Assembly: GCA_019136685.1 (NCBI GenBank)
Contig: JAGVTS010000124.1
Coordinates: 17,460-81,459, forward strand
Reading direction: 5' to 3'
Length of the DNA stretch: 64,000 nucleotides
DNA from: Bacillota bacterium
Lineage (GTDB): Bacteria > Bacillota > DTU025
Position numbers and translations under genes: made by a program. Shown one piece after another: positions 37,686 through 51,278 of this stretch (position 1 is its first letter; each line of letters opens with the position of its first letter). The notes below the pieces were generated by a model. The model searched no databases. It had not been told where the DNA came from and saw nothing but the letters and a program-made list of their open reading frames with translations.

Positions 37686-38195
37686 GTGGTTGATTTGCTG
37701 AGGGACATCGAGAAGAACGGGATCGTCAAGTGGGAAGACGTCCAGGCCTCCCGGGGATGCCCCGGTGAAGGCCGGGCGAAGAAGGGTCCTGTGGCGGTCA
37801 TCGAGTGCCTGCAGGAGATTCCATGCAACCCGTGTGAAACCGGCTGTCGGTTCGGGGCCATCACCGTTGGCGACCCGATAACGAACTTGCCAGTTCTGGA
37901 CGAAGAGAAATGCACAGGATGCGGTACGTGCGTCGCGGTCTGCCCCGGGCTCGCCATCTTTATCGAGGACGAATCGAAAGACGGCCCCGAGGCCATGGTA
38001 TCTGTTCCATACGAGTACATGCCGGTGCCCGAGCGCGGAGCCGAGGTGCGCGCAACCGACAGGTCGGGGCAGGTTATATGTGACGCGAAGGTCGTCAACG
38101 TCAGGAAGCCCAAGGGTTTCAACAAGACCGCGGTGGTCACGCTCGCCGTACCACGCGAGTACGTACACGTGGCAAGAGGAATCGCTATTCAGTAG
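37686..38195 (+). CDS. 4Fe-4S dicluster ferredoxin-domain protein
   Basis: CNPCETGC and CTGCGTCVAVCP motifs. 169 aa. Confidence 0.6.
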   Translation: MVDLLRDIEKNGIVKWEDVQASRGCPGEGRAKKGPVAVIECLQEIPCNPCETGCRFGAITVGDPITNLPVLDEEKCTGCGTCVAVCPGLAIFIEDESKDGPEAMVSVPYEYMPVPERGAEVRATDRSGQVICDAKVVNVRKPKGFNKTAVVTLAVPREYVHVARGIAIQ

Positions 38196-38286
38196 AATCA
38201 TTCATCCTACATTCCGGGCGCCTTCACGGGCCGGCCCATTCCGATTCGCAGGGCCGGCCCATAGGTTTGATAGGGGGCATCGTGCT

Positions 38287-38868
38287 GTGTCTGAACGGCT
38301 GCCTGAGCGCATAGAGGACGACATCAAGGAGATACTGCTTTCCGCTGAACAAATCGAATCAAAGGTCGCACAGCTAGGCGAGGAGATATCCCGTGACTAC
38401 CAGGGCAAGGATCTGCTTCTCGTGTGTATACTCAAGGGCGCCCTTGTGTTCATGGCCGACCTAATGCGCCGCATCACCATCCCCATGTGCATCGACACGA
38501 TGGCGGTGACAAGCTACGGAGCTTCTACCGTATCATCTGGCGTTGTGAGGATAGTCAAAGACCTAGATGCGGCAGTAGAGGGCAAACACGTGCTCATAGT
38601 GGAAGACATAGTCGACTCGGGGCTCACCCTGAGCTACTTGGTCTCCTATCTCAAGAACCGCAAGCCTGCATCTGTGAGAGTATGTACGCTGCTCGACAAG
38701 CCCGACAGGCGGCAGGCGCCGGTCGTTCCCGATTACAACGGGTTCGTCATACCCGACAAGTTCGTTGTCGGGTATGGCCTGGACTACCGTGAGAAATACC
38801 GCAACCTGCCCTTCGTGGGCGTTCCAATGGATCGCGTGTGGAACGGGGATGGCGAGGGGCCGGCATGA
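38287..38868 (+). CDS. hpt: hypoxanthine phosphoribosyltransferase
   Basis: PRPP-binding [14 protein letters not shown], ...VGYGLDY. GTG start 38287; the upstream ORF extension is Arg/Pro-rich non-protein-like. Confidence 0.85.
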   Translation: MSERLPERIEDDIKEILLSAEQIESKVAQLGEEISRDYQGKDLLLVCILKGALVFMADLMRRITIPMCIDTMAVTSYGASTVSSGVVRIVKDLDAAVEGKHVLIVEDIVDSGLTLSYLVSYLKNRKPASVRVCTLLDKPDRRQAPVVPDYNGFVIPDKFVVGYGLDYREKYRNLPFVGVPMDRVWNGDGEGPA

Positions 38869-39905
38869 AGAGGTATGCTGGGATGGATGTGAATGACAGC
38901 TTGCTCCGGGAGGAACAGGCGCGTGCCCGCGTGGCCTGCATGACGCCTGATGAGTTTGTGGAGTACTCGATAGGCGCGATTGCGCGGCAGGTGGGATCAG
39001 AGCGCGCCGTGTGCGGGCTGTCGGGAGGAGTGGACTCGTCAGTGGCGGCGGTGCTCACTCACCGCGCCATAGGCGATGCGCTGACATGCATCTTTGTGGA
39101 TCACGGTCTGCTGCGCAAAGGCGAGGCCCAAGAGGTCCAGAGGTTGTTCCTGGGCCACTTCCACATGAATTTGGTGGTTGTGGATGCGCGAGACCGCTTC
39201 CTAGCCAGGCTGGCTGGAGTGGCGGACCCCGAGGCCAAGCGGAAGATAATAGGCGAGGAGTTCATCCGGGTTTTCGAGGAAGAAGCGTCTCGGCTGGGCG
39301 AAGTGCGCTACCTCGTGCAGGGGACGATCTACCCCGACGTGCTCGAGAGCCGGTCGGACGGGCGCGGTGGAACCGGGGTGAAGAGTCACCACAATGTGGG
39401 CGGGCTCCCCGAGAATCTTCGCTTCGAACTAGTGGAGCCACTGAGATATCTCTTCAAGGAGGAAGTTCGCCGGGCGGGAACCGCGCTTGGCCTTCCTGGG
39501 TCGGTAGTAGGTAGGCAGCCGTTCCCCGGTCCCGGGCTTGCAGTTAGGATCGTGGGAGAGGTGACGCGCGAGAGGCTGGAAGTCTTGCGCGAAGCCGACG
39601 CCATAGTACGCGAGGAGATCGAGAGGCTCCCGGCGGCGGGCGGCGCGTGGCAGTATTTCGCGGTTCTTCCCGCGATACGAAGTGTGGGCGTGGCGGTGGA
39701 GGAGGGTTCGCGTGCGAGATCCTACTCTCACCTGATCGCGGTACGCGCTGCTGCAAGTGAGGATGCAATGACAGCAGATTGGGTGCGCCTTCCCCACGAT
39801 GTGCTGGATGCGATTTCAAGAAGAGTTGCTCTGGAGGTTCCCGGCGTTAACAGGGTGGTGTACGACATTACGTCCAAGCCCCCGGCTACTATTGAATGGG
39901 AGTAG
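38865..39905 (+). CDS. guaA: GMP synthase (glutamine-hydrolysing) ATP-pyrophosphatase subunit (GuaA C-terminal domains as a stand-alone protein)
   Basis: PP-loop [57 protein letters not shown] and C-terminal dimerisation domain. No N-terminal class-I GATase domain. ATG 38865 overlaps the hpt stop. Confidence 0.7.
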   Translation: MKRYAGMDVNDSLLREEQARARVACMTPDEFVEYSIGAIARQVGSERAVCGLSGGVDSSVAAVLTHRAIGDALTCIFVDHGLLRKGEAQEVQRLFLGHFHMNLVVVDARDRFLARLAGVADPEAKRKIIGEEFIRVFEEEASRLGEVRYLVQGTIYPDVLESRSDGRGGTGVKSHHNVGGLPENLRFELVEPLRYLFKEEVRRAGTALGLPGSVVGRQPFPGPGLAVRIVGEVTRERLEVLREADAIVREEIERLPAAGGAWQYFAVLPAIRSVGVAVEEGSRARSYSHLIAVRAAASEDAMTADWVRLPHDVLDAISRRVALEVPGVNRVVYDITSKPPATIEWE

Positions 39906-39914
39906 GGCACGAAA

Positions 39915-40805
39915 TTGCGTACGCGGCTATCGACATCGTCCAGATCACTCCTTGCCGACCTTAGCCTGGTCGGCATATGCGTGGTGTGGGGTACTAGCTT
40001 CGCAATTGTCAAGAGCGTGGTCGGCGACATCAACCCCGCCACGTTCATTGCAGTTCGATTCGGAATTGCATCGATCATCCTGGGGTTGATCGCCAGCCCG
40101 CGTATGAAGGGGCTTGACAGGCGTACGTGGGCGGCCGGCCTGTTTTTGGCGGTTCCGCTGATGGCTGGATTCCTTACGCAGACTCATGGCCTGAAGGTCA
40201 CGACTGCCTCCAAAGCGGGTTTCATCACAGGGATGCACGTTGTGTTCACTCCGCTTCTGGAGTATGTCCTCCGGCGCAGGAGGGTACTAGCGCATCAGGC
40301 GGCCGGAGTGGCGGTGGCCCTAGTTGGACTGGGTCTGCTCACACTTGAGGGTTTTGGGCGTCCCTCCGTTGGCGACTTGCTCGTTCTGGCATGCGCGTTT
40401 GCGTTTGGGCTTCACATTGTCATGTTGGGCCGCTACTCGCCGGAGCACGACGGTTTCCTGCTTTCGTTCACTCAGATGGTATGGTCGGCAGTTCTCGCCA
40501 CCCTGATCGCCGGACGCGACATGGTCCAGGCGCTATCGTTCGATCCCGGCGTGGTGTGGTCGGTGATATACCTTGGCGCCACAGGCACGGCCTTAGCGTA
40601 CCTTGTTCAGACAATTGCGCAGAAATACACTCCGCCGACGAGGGCGGCTCTAATAATGCAGTCGGAACCGGTGTTTGCCGCGCTATTCGCGTGGCTCTTG
40701 ATCGGAGAGCGCATGGCCGCGAAGCAGTTCGTCGGCGCAGCGCTGATACTTCTTGGCATACTCGTGTGCCAGATAGGCGATACTGCACGACCGCGGGAGG
40801 TGTGA
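39915..40805 (+). CDS. EamA/DMT-family transporter
   Basis: 10 hydrophobic segments, duplicated EamA halves. Confidence 0.75.
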   Translation: MRTRLSTSSRSLLADLSLVGICVVWGTSFAIVKSVVGDINPATFIAVRFGIASIILGLIASPRMKGLDRRTWAAGLFLAVPLMAGFLTQTHGLKVTTASKAGFITGMHVVFTPLLEYVLRRRRVLAHQAAGVAVALVGLGLLTLEGFGRPSVGDLLVLACAFAFGLHIVMLGRYSPEHDGFLLSFTQMVWSAVLATLIAGRDMVQALSFDPGVVWSVIYLGATGTALAYLVQTIAQKYTPPTRAALIMQSEPVFAALFAWLLIGERMAAKQFVGAALILLGILVCQIGDTARPREV

Positions 40806-42256
40806 TGGTGTTGAGACCACTCGAAACGGCCCTTGACCGGGCGCGTGCGGCCGGGGCATCCTATGCCGATGCCCGGTCGTTGCAGCAGGCCGATGAGGGC
40901 CTGACCGTGCGAAACGGCCAGGTGGAGCAGGCGCGTAGCGGCATGTCGTGCGGGCTAGGCGTGAGGGTGCTGGTGGATGGCCAATGGGGCTACGCTGCAG
41001 GCAGCGTGGTATCGGAGGCCGAAGCGGCCCGTCTTGCTGGCCTTGCCACGGAGATCGCCAGAGCCAGCGGCGCGGCTCGCAAACGTGAGGTCAGGCTGGC
41101 GCCCGCGACCCCGGCGGTCGACACTTGGGAATCACCCTGCCGGATCGACCCCTGGTCGGTGCCGACCGCGCGCAAGGTAGACTTGCTGCGAGAGGCCTGC
41201 AGAGCTGCGAAGGCCGGAGGGAAAGACGTGCGGGTCGCCACGGCGTACATGGGGGCTATCCGTGAGACGAAAACCTATGCCAGCACGGAGGGGGCTCGGA
41301 TCGTGCAGACGTCGACTGTTACGTCGGCAGGCGTGCGGGCAGTGGCGGTGGGGGCAGGAGAGATGCAAATAAGGTCGTATCCCGGAACCTTTGATGGCAA
41401 CGTGCGCCAAGCCGGCTACGAGTTCGTCGAGGAGATGGACCTGGCCGCAAATGCTGAGCGGGCTGGAGCGGAGGCGCAGGCCCTGCTGAGAGCGGAGCAA
41501 TGCCCTTCCGGTACGATGACGCTGATTCTCGGTACGAACCAGCTGGCCTTGCAGATCCACGAATCGTGTGGGCACCCCACAGAGCTTGACCGCGTCTACG
41601 GAACCGAGGCGTCTTTCGCTGGAACGAGTTTTCTCACCACCGAGAAACTGGGTAACTGCAGGTATGGCTCGGACCTAGTGAACTTATACGCTGACTCGCG
41701 AATCCCGGGCGGGCTCGGCACTTTCGCATACGACGACGAGGGAACGCCCGCCTGCCGCAGTCATCTTGTCAAGGACGGCATGTTCGTGGGCTACTTGATG
41801 TCGCGGGAGACTGCGCATGACCTCGGCATGGTTAGCAACGGGGCTATGCGTGCGAGCGGATGGGACAGGATGCCCATAATCCGCATGACCAACATCTGTC
41901 TTGAGCCAGGCAACGACACACTGGAATCGCTGATTGCCGGAACTGAGGACGGCGTCTTCATGGACGGGATCAAGAGCTGGAGCATAGACGACAAGCGACT
42001 CAATTTCCAGTTCGGGTCGGAGATAGGCTACCGAATTCACAACGGCGAGCTCGCTGAGATGGTCAAGAACCCTACCTATACTGGGATAACGCCCGAGTTC
42101 TGGGGCTCATGCGATGGGATAGCCGGCCCCGAGGAATGGGTGCTCTGGGGAGTGCCCAATTGCGGCAAGGGCGAACCCCTCCAGATCATGCGGGTGGGCC
42201 ATGGCACATCGCCTGCCAGGTTCAGAAACGTGAAGGTGGGTGTGGGAAGGTGGTAG
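40804..42256 (+). CDS. tldD: TldD-family metalloprotease
   Basis: PmbA_TldD fold. HExxxH-like IHESCGHPTELDR. GxC ... conserved C-terminal region. True start MVLRPLE at 40804; the ORF extension upstream overlaps the EamA gene. Confidence 0.85.
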
Positions 42257-43602
42257 GCAAGGAGCGAGCGCTCGAAACTTGCGAGGCCGCGATTTCCGCC
42301 TCGGGCGCCGACGCGGCAGAAGCGGTACTCATATCAGAGTCCGACAGCTTGACCAGGTTCGCCAACTCCGAAATCCATCAGAACACAACCGTCGACGATG
42401 TTACGTTGTTCGTCCGCGCGGTGCTCGGCACGCGGGAGGGATGGGCTTCCACCAATCAGATCACCCGCGATGCCGTACAGGGGGCTGCCAGAAGAGCTGT
42501 CCAGGCAGCCGACGTCCAACCGGAGACTCCCGATGCGCCGGGGCTTGCGGACCCGGCAGAATACGAGGAGGCCGACGGGTACGACGAGCTTACTGCAGCT
42601 TTCACTCCGGCCGAGCGAGCGCAGGGTGTGAGCCGCATAATACAACAGGCTGACGCGCATAGGCTTAACGCCTCCGGATCGCTCAGGACGCGCGCAACGG
42701 AGGTGGCGGTTGCGAACTCCAGGGGCGTCAGGGCATGGACCCGCGGGACAGACGCTTCACTGATCACTGTGGTGATGACGGGTTTCGAATCCGACGCCGG
42801 ATCAGGGTACGCCGGGGCAGCCTCAAGGCGCGTGGGCGACCTCGACTTCGGGGCCATAGGCATATCGGCTGTTCGCAAGTGCCTTGCCATGCGACATCCC
42901 GGCGATGTGGAACCGGGGGAGTACGTGGTGGTTATGGAGCCCTCGGCCGTAGCCACAGCCCTGCAGATGCTTGCGTACATGGGTATGAACGGGATATCTT
43001 TTGTAGAGGGAAGAAGTTACGCGAGCGGGCGACTCGGGACGAAGGTCACGTCCGAGATGGTCACGATTGCCGACGATTGGCGCGACCCCGATACTTCGCC
43101 GCTTCCGTTCGACTTCGAAGGCGTGCCCAGGCAGAGGGTGACCCTGATCGACCGGGGGATAGCCTCCGGGATGATCTACGACAGGGCGGCGGCGGCCAGG
43201 GCTAACGCGAGGTCTACGGGGCATGCTGTTCTCGGGGGAGGCATGCCGGGCGGCTATCCTTTGCATCTTGCGATGAACGCCGGCGATTCCAGCATTGAGG
43301 ACATGGTAGCCGGAACGGATCATGGGATCTACATCACGCGGTTCAACTACGCCAACCCAGTCCATCCCGTGAAGACCATCTTCACAGGAATGACCAAGGA
43401 CGGCACGTTTCTTATTGAGGATGGCAAGATCGGGCGCCCTCTGAGAAACCTGAGGTTCACCGACTCCATCTTGGACGGGCTGTTCGCGAGCATAACGGCG
43501 ATATCGCGTGACACAGGGCTGCTGCCCGCGATAAACGGCATGTCCATATACCGCGCGCCGGCCATCCGGGCGCGGCTACAAATCACAGGATCAACGGTCT
43601 AG
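42250..43602 (+). CDS. pmbA: PmbA/TldE-family protein (TldD partner)
   Basis: Same superfamily as tldD but lacks the HExxxH. GTG start overlaps the tldD stop. Typical tldD-pmbA adjacent pair. Confidence 0.8.
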   Translation: MVGKERALETCEAAISASGADAAEAVLISESDSLTRFANSEIHQNTTVDDVTLFVRAVLGTREGWASTNQITRDAVQGAARRAVQAADVQPETPDAPGLADPAEYEEADGYDELTAAFTPAERAQGVSRIIQQADAHRLNASGSLRTRATEVAVANSRGVRAWTRGTDASLITVVMTGFESDAGSGYAGAASRRVGDLDFGAIGISAVRKCLAMRHPGDVEPGEYVVVMEPSAVATALQMLAYMGMNGISFVEGRSYASGRLGTKVTSEMVTIADDWRDPDTSPLPFDFEGVPRQRVTLIDRGIASGMIYDRAAAARANARSTGHAVLGGGMPGGYPLHLAMNAGDSSIEDMVAGTDHGIYITRFNYANPVHPVKTIFTGMTKDGTFLIEDGKIGRPLRNLRFTDSILDGLFASITAISRDTGLLPAINGMSIYRAPAIRARLQITGSTV

Positions 43603-43626
43603 GCAAAGAGGAGCTGACACTGGATC

Positions 43627-45093
43627 ATGAATGCGGAATGCGGTTCGACGATTAGGGTTCGCATAGCGCCTTCACCCACAGGCAATTGTCACGTGGGCAC
43701 CGCGCGCACTGCGCTCTATAACATGCTCTACGCCAGAAAATTCGGCGGCAAATTCATCCTCAGAATAGACGACACAGACCAGAGCCGCAGTACCAGGGAG
43801 TCGGAGGAGGGCGTGCTCGAAGGGCTGAGATGGCTTGGCATCCAATGGGATGAAGGCCCCGATATCGGCGGGCCGTACGGGCCGTACCGTCAGATGGAGC
43901 GCGCCCATACATATGGCGACGCTGCTGCTAGGCTAATGGCGGAGGGCAAGGCTTACCGGTGCTACTGCACGCCCGAGGAACTGGAGGCTGAGCGCAGGGA
44001 GGCCCTGGCGGCGGGCAAGCCTCCGCGCTACTACGGCAAGTGCAGGAATCTTGCGGCTGAAGAGCGCGCGGAACTCGAGGCGGAGGGCAGGAAGCACGTT
44101 ATCAGGATGCGAGTCCCCGACAAGATCCTGACCTTCGTCGACCTGCTCCGTGGGCATCAGCAGAAGGACATGGGCGAGCGCGGCGACTTCGTGATAGTCA
44201 AGTCCGACGGCAGCCCGGTATACAATTTCGCCACAGTCGTCGATGAGCACTACATGGACATGACTCATGTATTCCGCGCTGTGGAGCACCTTACTAACAC
44301 CTTCGACCAGCTAGCTGTGTACGAAGCAATGGGATGGGATCCGCCCCAGTTCGGGCACTTGACGCTTATGCTCAACCCCGATCGCACCAAGATCTCGAAG
44401 CGCGCAGGAGCCGTGTACATCGGCGAGTTTCGCGACATGGGGTACCTTCCGGAGGCGCTGGTAAACTTTCTCGCGCTTTTAGGCTGGAACCCCGGCACTG
44501 ATCAGGAGATTTTCAGCATGGACGAGCTGGTCGGGGCTTTCTCTGTGGACACGCTGTCGCGTTCGGATGCAGTGTTCGACATCAAGAAACTCGACTGGTT
44601 CAACGGGGTGTACATCCGGAGCTTGACGCCGGAGAACCTAGCTGCTAGGGTGCGCCCGTTCATGGAGAAGGCTGGGTACGTCATCGGTGATCAAGAATTC
44701 CTGGAGCGAGCCGTCGCGCTGGTCACCGACAGGCTGGGCAAGCTGACCGAGGCGCCCGACATGCTGGGGTTCCTCTTCGTGGACCAGGTTGATCTCGCCA
44801 GAGAGTCATTTGGAGGAAAGGCCAAGTTCACATCGGCCGACATCGTGCGGGCGCTCACGGCTTGCGAAGGCGCACTCAGCGGACTCGCTCAATGGACACA
44901 CGAGGAGATTGAGGCAGCCCTGCGCGGGTTGTCGAAGTCGCTCGGATGGAAGGTGGGTGATTTGCTCATGCAGGTACGCGTGGCTATCACCGGCAGGCGA
45001 GTCACGCCGCCTCTGTTCGAAAGCCTTGTTCTGCTGGGACGGGCCAAGTCGCTCGCCCGCATAGCCCGAGCCATAGCGGCTTTGGAGGAGTAG
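43627..45093 (+). CDS. gltX: glutamate--tRNA ligase
   Basis: HIGH-like PSPTGNCHVGTARTALYN and KISKR (KMSKS) motifs. 488 aa. Confidence 0.9.
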   Translation: MNAECGSTIRVRIAPSPTGNCHVGTARTALYNMLYARKFGGKFILRIDDTDQSRSTRESEEGVLEGLRWLGIQWDEGPDIGGPYGPYRQMERAHTYGDAAARLMAEGKAYRCYCTPEELEAERREALAAGKPPRYYGKCRNLAAEERAELEAEGRKHVIRMRVPDKILTFVDLLRGHQQKDMGERGDFVIVKSDGSPVYNFATVVDEHYMDMTHVFRAVEHLTNTFDQLAVYEAMGWDPPQFGHLTLMLNPDRTKISKRAGAVYIGEFRDMGYLPEALVNFLALLGWNPGTDQEIFSMDELVGAFSVDTLSRSDAVFDIKKLDWFNGVYIRSLTPENLAARVRPFMEKAGYVIGDQEFLERAVALVTDRLGKLTEAPDMLGFLFVDQVDLARESFGGKAKFTSADIVRALTACEGALSGLAQWTHEEIEAALRGLSKSLGWKVGDLLMQVRVAITGRRVTPPLFESLVLLGRAKSLARIARAIAALEE

Positions 45094-45097
45094 GCGC

Positions 45098-47410
45098 ATG
45101 GGCGCTGAGCTTCTTGACGGGCTGAACCCACCGCAGAGAGAGGCCGTCGTTTGCACCGACGGCCCCCTTCTCATACTTGCAGGCGCCGGGAGCGGCAAGA
45201 CGAGAGTGCTTACGCACCGCGTCGCTTACCTGATCTCCCACGCCAACGTGCCGCCGTACAGGATCCTGGCGGTGACATTCACCAACAAAGCCGCGGCCGA
45301 GATGAAGAGCCGAGTGGCCTCGCTTGCTGGGTCGGCGGCGCGGTGGGTGAGGGTTTCGACATTCCACTCGCTTTGCGCGCGCATACTGCGCGAAGACATC
45401 GAGGCCCTGGGTTACAAGAGGAGTTTCACGATTCTGGACGAGTCGGACCAGTTGACAGTAGTCAAGCGCTGCTTGAAGCAGCTGAATGTGTCCGGCGACA
45501 TGTTCAGGCCGCAATCGGTGTTGGCCGCGATAAGCGCAGCCAAGAACGAGCTTGTGGATGTGGAGCGCTTTCAGGAGAACGCGCGCGATATAAGGCAAAG
45601 GACTATCGCCCAGATCTACGAAGCCTACCAGCGTGTGCTGGTACGCGATAATGCGCTGGACTTCGACGATTTGATAATGGCGACAGTGCGTCTATTCAGG
45701 GAACGGCCTGAGGTGCTGGAAAAGTATCGTAACCGGTTCACGCATATCATGGTCGATGAGTATCAAGACACCAACCATGCCCAGTACATGCTGGTCAAGT
45801 TGCTGGCGGCCAGAACTCGGAACCTGTGCGTGGTGGGCGATGATGACCAGTCTATCTATGAGTGGCGGGGAGCGGATATCCGCAACATCCTGGAGTTCGA
45901 ACGGGATTACCCGGAGGCGCGCGTAGTCAAACTGGAGCAGAACTACCGTTCAACCCAGACGATTCTGGATGCTGCCAATAGCGTCATCGCTAACAACCGC
46001 GACAGAAAGAGCAAGTCGCTGTGGACAGCCCGGGAGCCGGGCGCAAAGATCGCCCTATACAATGCCGACACGGAGAAAGACGAGGCTCGATTCATCGCCG
46101 AGGAGCTCGACCGCCTGATTACGGCCGAGGGGCGATGCTACGGGGACTTCGCCGTGCTGTACAGGATGAACGCGCAATCGCGCGCCATAGAGGAACTGCT
46201 TGTCAACAGGGGAATACCCTACAGGATTGTGGGCGGGCTCAAGTTCTATGAACGGCGCGAGATTAAGGATGTACTAGCGTACCTGCGAGTGATTGAGAAC
46301 CCGGAGGACTCTGTTAGCCTGGAGCGAATTATCAACGTGCCCAGACGCGGAATAGGCGATTCCACGTTGGCCGCAGCCCGTGCGCTGGCTCAGGAGAAAG
46401 GGATGCCGCTTCTCGCAGGCGTACAGATGGCAGCCGAGTCGACGGAGCTCGCGCCGCGGGCACGGGCTGCGTTGGCCGGCTTCATTGCGACCATGGCGCG
46501 TCTTTGGCCACTCAGGGGCGAGAAAACGGTGTCGCAGATCGTCAGAGCAGTGCTTGACGACACCGGCTACTTGGCAGAGCTTGAGCGTGAACAGACTATC
46601 GAGGCCGAGGGCAGGATCGAGAACCTGAAGGAGCTGATCACTGTCACGCAGGAATTCGAGTCGAGGCATTCGGGGGACGGCGCAGCGACGGAAGACGATG
46701 CTCATCCTGAAGGCGCGCAGCTCGAGGTGGACGCGTCAGGCCCCACCGATCTTGCTGCCTTCCTGGAGGAGGTCTCGCTCCTTACCGATCTGGACCGAGC
46801 CGACCTTTCAACCGATCTGGTGACGTTGATGACTCTGCATTCGGCCAAGGGCCTCGAGTTCCCGGTGGTCTTCATGGTGGGCATGGAGGAGAACGTGTTC
46901 CCATTGGCGCGCTCAGCATACGATCCGGCGGCCCTCGAGGAGGAGCGCAGGCTGTGCTATGTGGGGATCACGCGCGCCAAAGACAGGCTGTACCTGGTTC
47001 ACGCCTTCACCCGCACCATATTCGGCTCCTCCACGGCCAACCCCGTATCGCGGTTTGTGGAGGAAATCCCCGGGCATCTTCTGGCAGACGCGTTCGCGGA
47101 GCGGTACAGAGCTTACCATGGCTGGCAAGGCAGCACGTCGGGTCGCGCCGGGTTCGGCGATCGCGCGCGGTCGGGGGCAGGAAGGACCGTGAAGGTCGTC
47201 TCTTCAGTTGAAGAAGCCCGGGCAGCCCGCCAGGAGTCCGGCAAGCCCGAGCTTAATGCGGGCGATAAGGTCCGGCACGCCAAGTTCGGAGAAGGCACTG
47301 TGGTTTCCGTGCAGCAGACGGCGGGCGAGTGGCTCGCCACTATTGCGTTTCCCGGCGGAGGGGTCAGGCAGTTTCTGTTGAGCCTGGCGCCGATCGAGAA
47401 GGTTCGCTGA
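45098..47410 (+). CDS. pcrA: ATP-dependent DNA helicase PcrA/UvrD
   Basis: AGAGSGKTRVLTHR Walker A, DEYQDTN, UvrD helicase motifs, C-terminal Tudor-like domain. 770 aa. Confidence 0.9.
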   Translation: MGAELLDGLNPPQREAVVCTDGPLLILAGAGSGKTRVLTHRVAYLISHANVPPYRILAVTFTNKAAAEMKSRVASLAGSAARWVRVSTFHSLCARILREDIEALGYKRSFTILDESDQLTVVKRCLKQLNVSGDMFRPQSVLAAISAAKNELVDVERFQENARDIRQRTIAQIYEAYQRVLVRDNALDFDDLIMATVRLFRERPEVLEKYRNRFTHIMVDEYQDTNHAQYMLVKLLAARTRNLCVVGDDDQSIYEWRGADIRNILEFERDYPEARVVKLEQNYRSTQTILDAANSVIANNRDRKSKSLWTAREPGAKIALYNADTEKDEARFIAEELDRLITAEGRCYGDFAVLYRMNAQSRAIEELLVNRGIPYRIVGGLKFYERREIKDVLAYLRVIENPEDSVSLERIINVPRRGIGDSTLAAARALAQEKGMPLLAGVQMAAESTELAPRARAALAGFIATMARLWPLRGEKTVSQIVRAVLDDTGYLAELEREQTIEAEGRIENLKELITVTQEFESRHSGDGAATEDDAHPEGAQLEVDASGPTDLAAFLEEVSLLTDLDRADLSTDLVTLMTLHSAKGLEFPVVFMVGMEENVFPLARSAYDPAALEEERRLCYVGITRAKDRLYLVHAFTRTIFGSSTANPVSRFVEEIPGHLLADAFAERYRAYHGWQGSTSGRAGFGDRARSGAGRTVKVVSSVEEARAARQESGKPELNAGDKVRHAKFGEGTVVSVQQTAGEWLATIAFPGGGVRQFLLSLAPIEKVR

Positions 47411-47431
47411 ATCAGAATGGGGGTGGAGTAG

Positions 47432-49763
<2,332 letters not shown>

Positions 49764-49767
<4 letters not shown>

Positions 49768-51278
49768 GCGACAACATCAACGCAAGGCTGTGTCATATGA
49801 CTCTGCACGAACTCCACGACATGCTGGCTCAGGGTCAAGTGTCATCAAGGGAGATTACAAGCGACGTCCTTGCCCGGATAGATGAGGTAGAGGCATCCGT
49901 CGGAGCGTATGTAACAGTCGACCGCGAAGGAGCGCTGAGCGGCGCCGACGCTGCTGACGCCGCGATTGCCCGCGCCAGGCGCGTCGGCGATGCCGCGGAG
50001 ATTGGAGCGGTGGTCGGGATACCCGTGGTCCTCAAAGACAACGTGTGCACCCGCGGGATGCGCACCACATGTTGCTCGAAAATGCTCGAGGACTTCGTTC
50101 CGACCTACGATGCCGCCGTAACGGCGCGTCTGCGGGCGGCAGGCGCGGTCATCGTGGGCAAGGCCAACATGGATGAGTTCGCCATGGGGTCTACCACCCA
50201 GACCTCGATCTTCCATGTGACGCGGAATCCATGGGACCCAGAGCGGGTTCCGGGCGGGTCCAGCGGCGGGTGTGCTGCGGCCGTGGCGGCAGGTGAGGCT
50301 GTGGCGGCAGTAGGTTCCGACACAGGCGGGTCGGTGAGGCAACCGGCGTCGTTTTGCGGAGTAGTGGGGCTGAAGCCCACGTACGGACGGGTGAGCAGGT
50401 ACGGCGTGGCTGCGTTCGCATCGTCACTGGACACAGTGGGGCCGGTCACGCAGGATGTACGCGATTGTGCGATCATGCTGAATGTCATGGCCGGGCATGA
50501 TGAGCGAGATTCCACGTCCGCGCCTAATGCAGTGCCCGACTACACAGAGTATGTGGAAAGAGGAGTAGAGGGGCTCAAGATCGGGATTCCGAAGGAGTTC
50601 TTCGGGCCGGGAATGGACGAAGGTGTGCGGACGGCGGTGGAACGGGCTGTGCATGCGCTCGAGGGCGCCGGCGCCAAGATAGTGGACGTATCGATTCCCC
50701 TCGTCGAGCATGCGCTGGGAGTGTACTACCTAGTAGCCACGGCCGAGGCCAGCTCCAACATGGCACGGCTTGATGGGATTCGGTATGGACACAGGCCCGA
50801 GGGGCGCAGCGGCATGGACGTGGCCGACCTGATGAGCGCAAGCCGCGGACAGGGTTTCGGCATGGAAGTGAAACGCCGAATCATGCTGGGAACGTTCGTC
50901 TTGAGTGCTGGAAATATCGATGCGTTCTACGGGCGCGCACTCAGGTCGCGGCGTCTCCTGAAAGAGGATGTTGAGCGCGCTCTGGCTCAGTGCGATTGTC
51001 TGGCGTCTCCCACTGCTCCCACTGTTGCGTTCAGGTTCGATGAGGAGCCGGACGACCCGCTTGCCATGTACCTACAGGATATCTACACTACTCTGGCAAA
51101 CCTGGCGGGCGTGCCGGCGATATCAGTGCCGTGCGGATTCGCTGACGGATTGCCGGTGGGGTTGCAGATCATGGGCAGGATGTTCGATGAGGGCACGCTC
51201 ATGCAGGTCGCACGAGCAGTTGAGTTGACGTCGGGTTTTGACCGAGCTAGGCCTGAGGTCGGGGGGTGCGTAAAGTGA
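49764..51278 (+). CDS. gatA: Asp-tRNA(Asn)/Glu-tRNA(Gln) amidotransferase subunit A
   Basis: Amidase signature GGSSGGCAAAVAAG...GSDTGGSVRQPA. Confidence 0.95.

Noticed and set aside
40391-40803. N-terminal extension of tldD ORF (40391) overlapping the EamA transporter gene
   Set aside because: The extension is Arg-rich junk and overlaps a well-supported membrane protein gene. TldD homology starts at MVLRPLE (40804).
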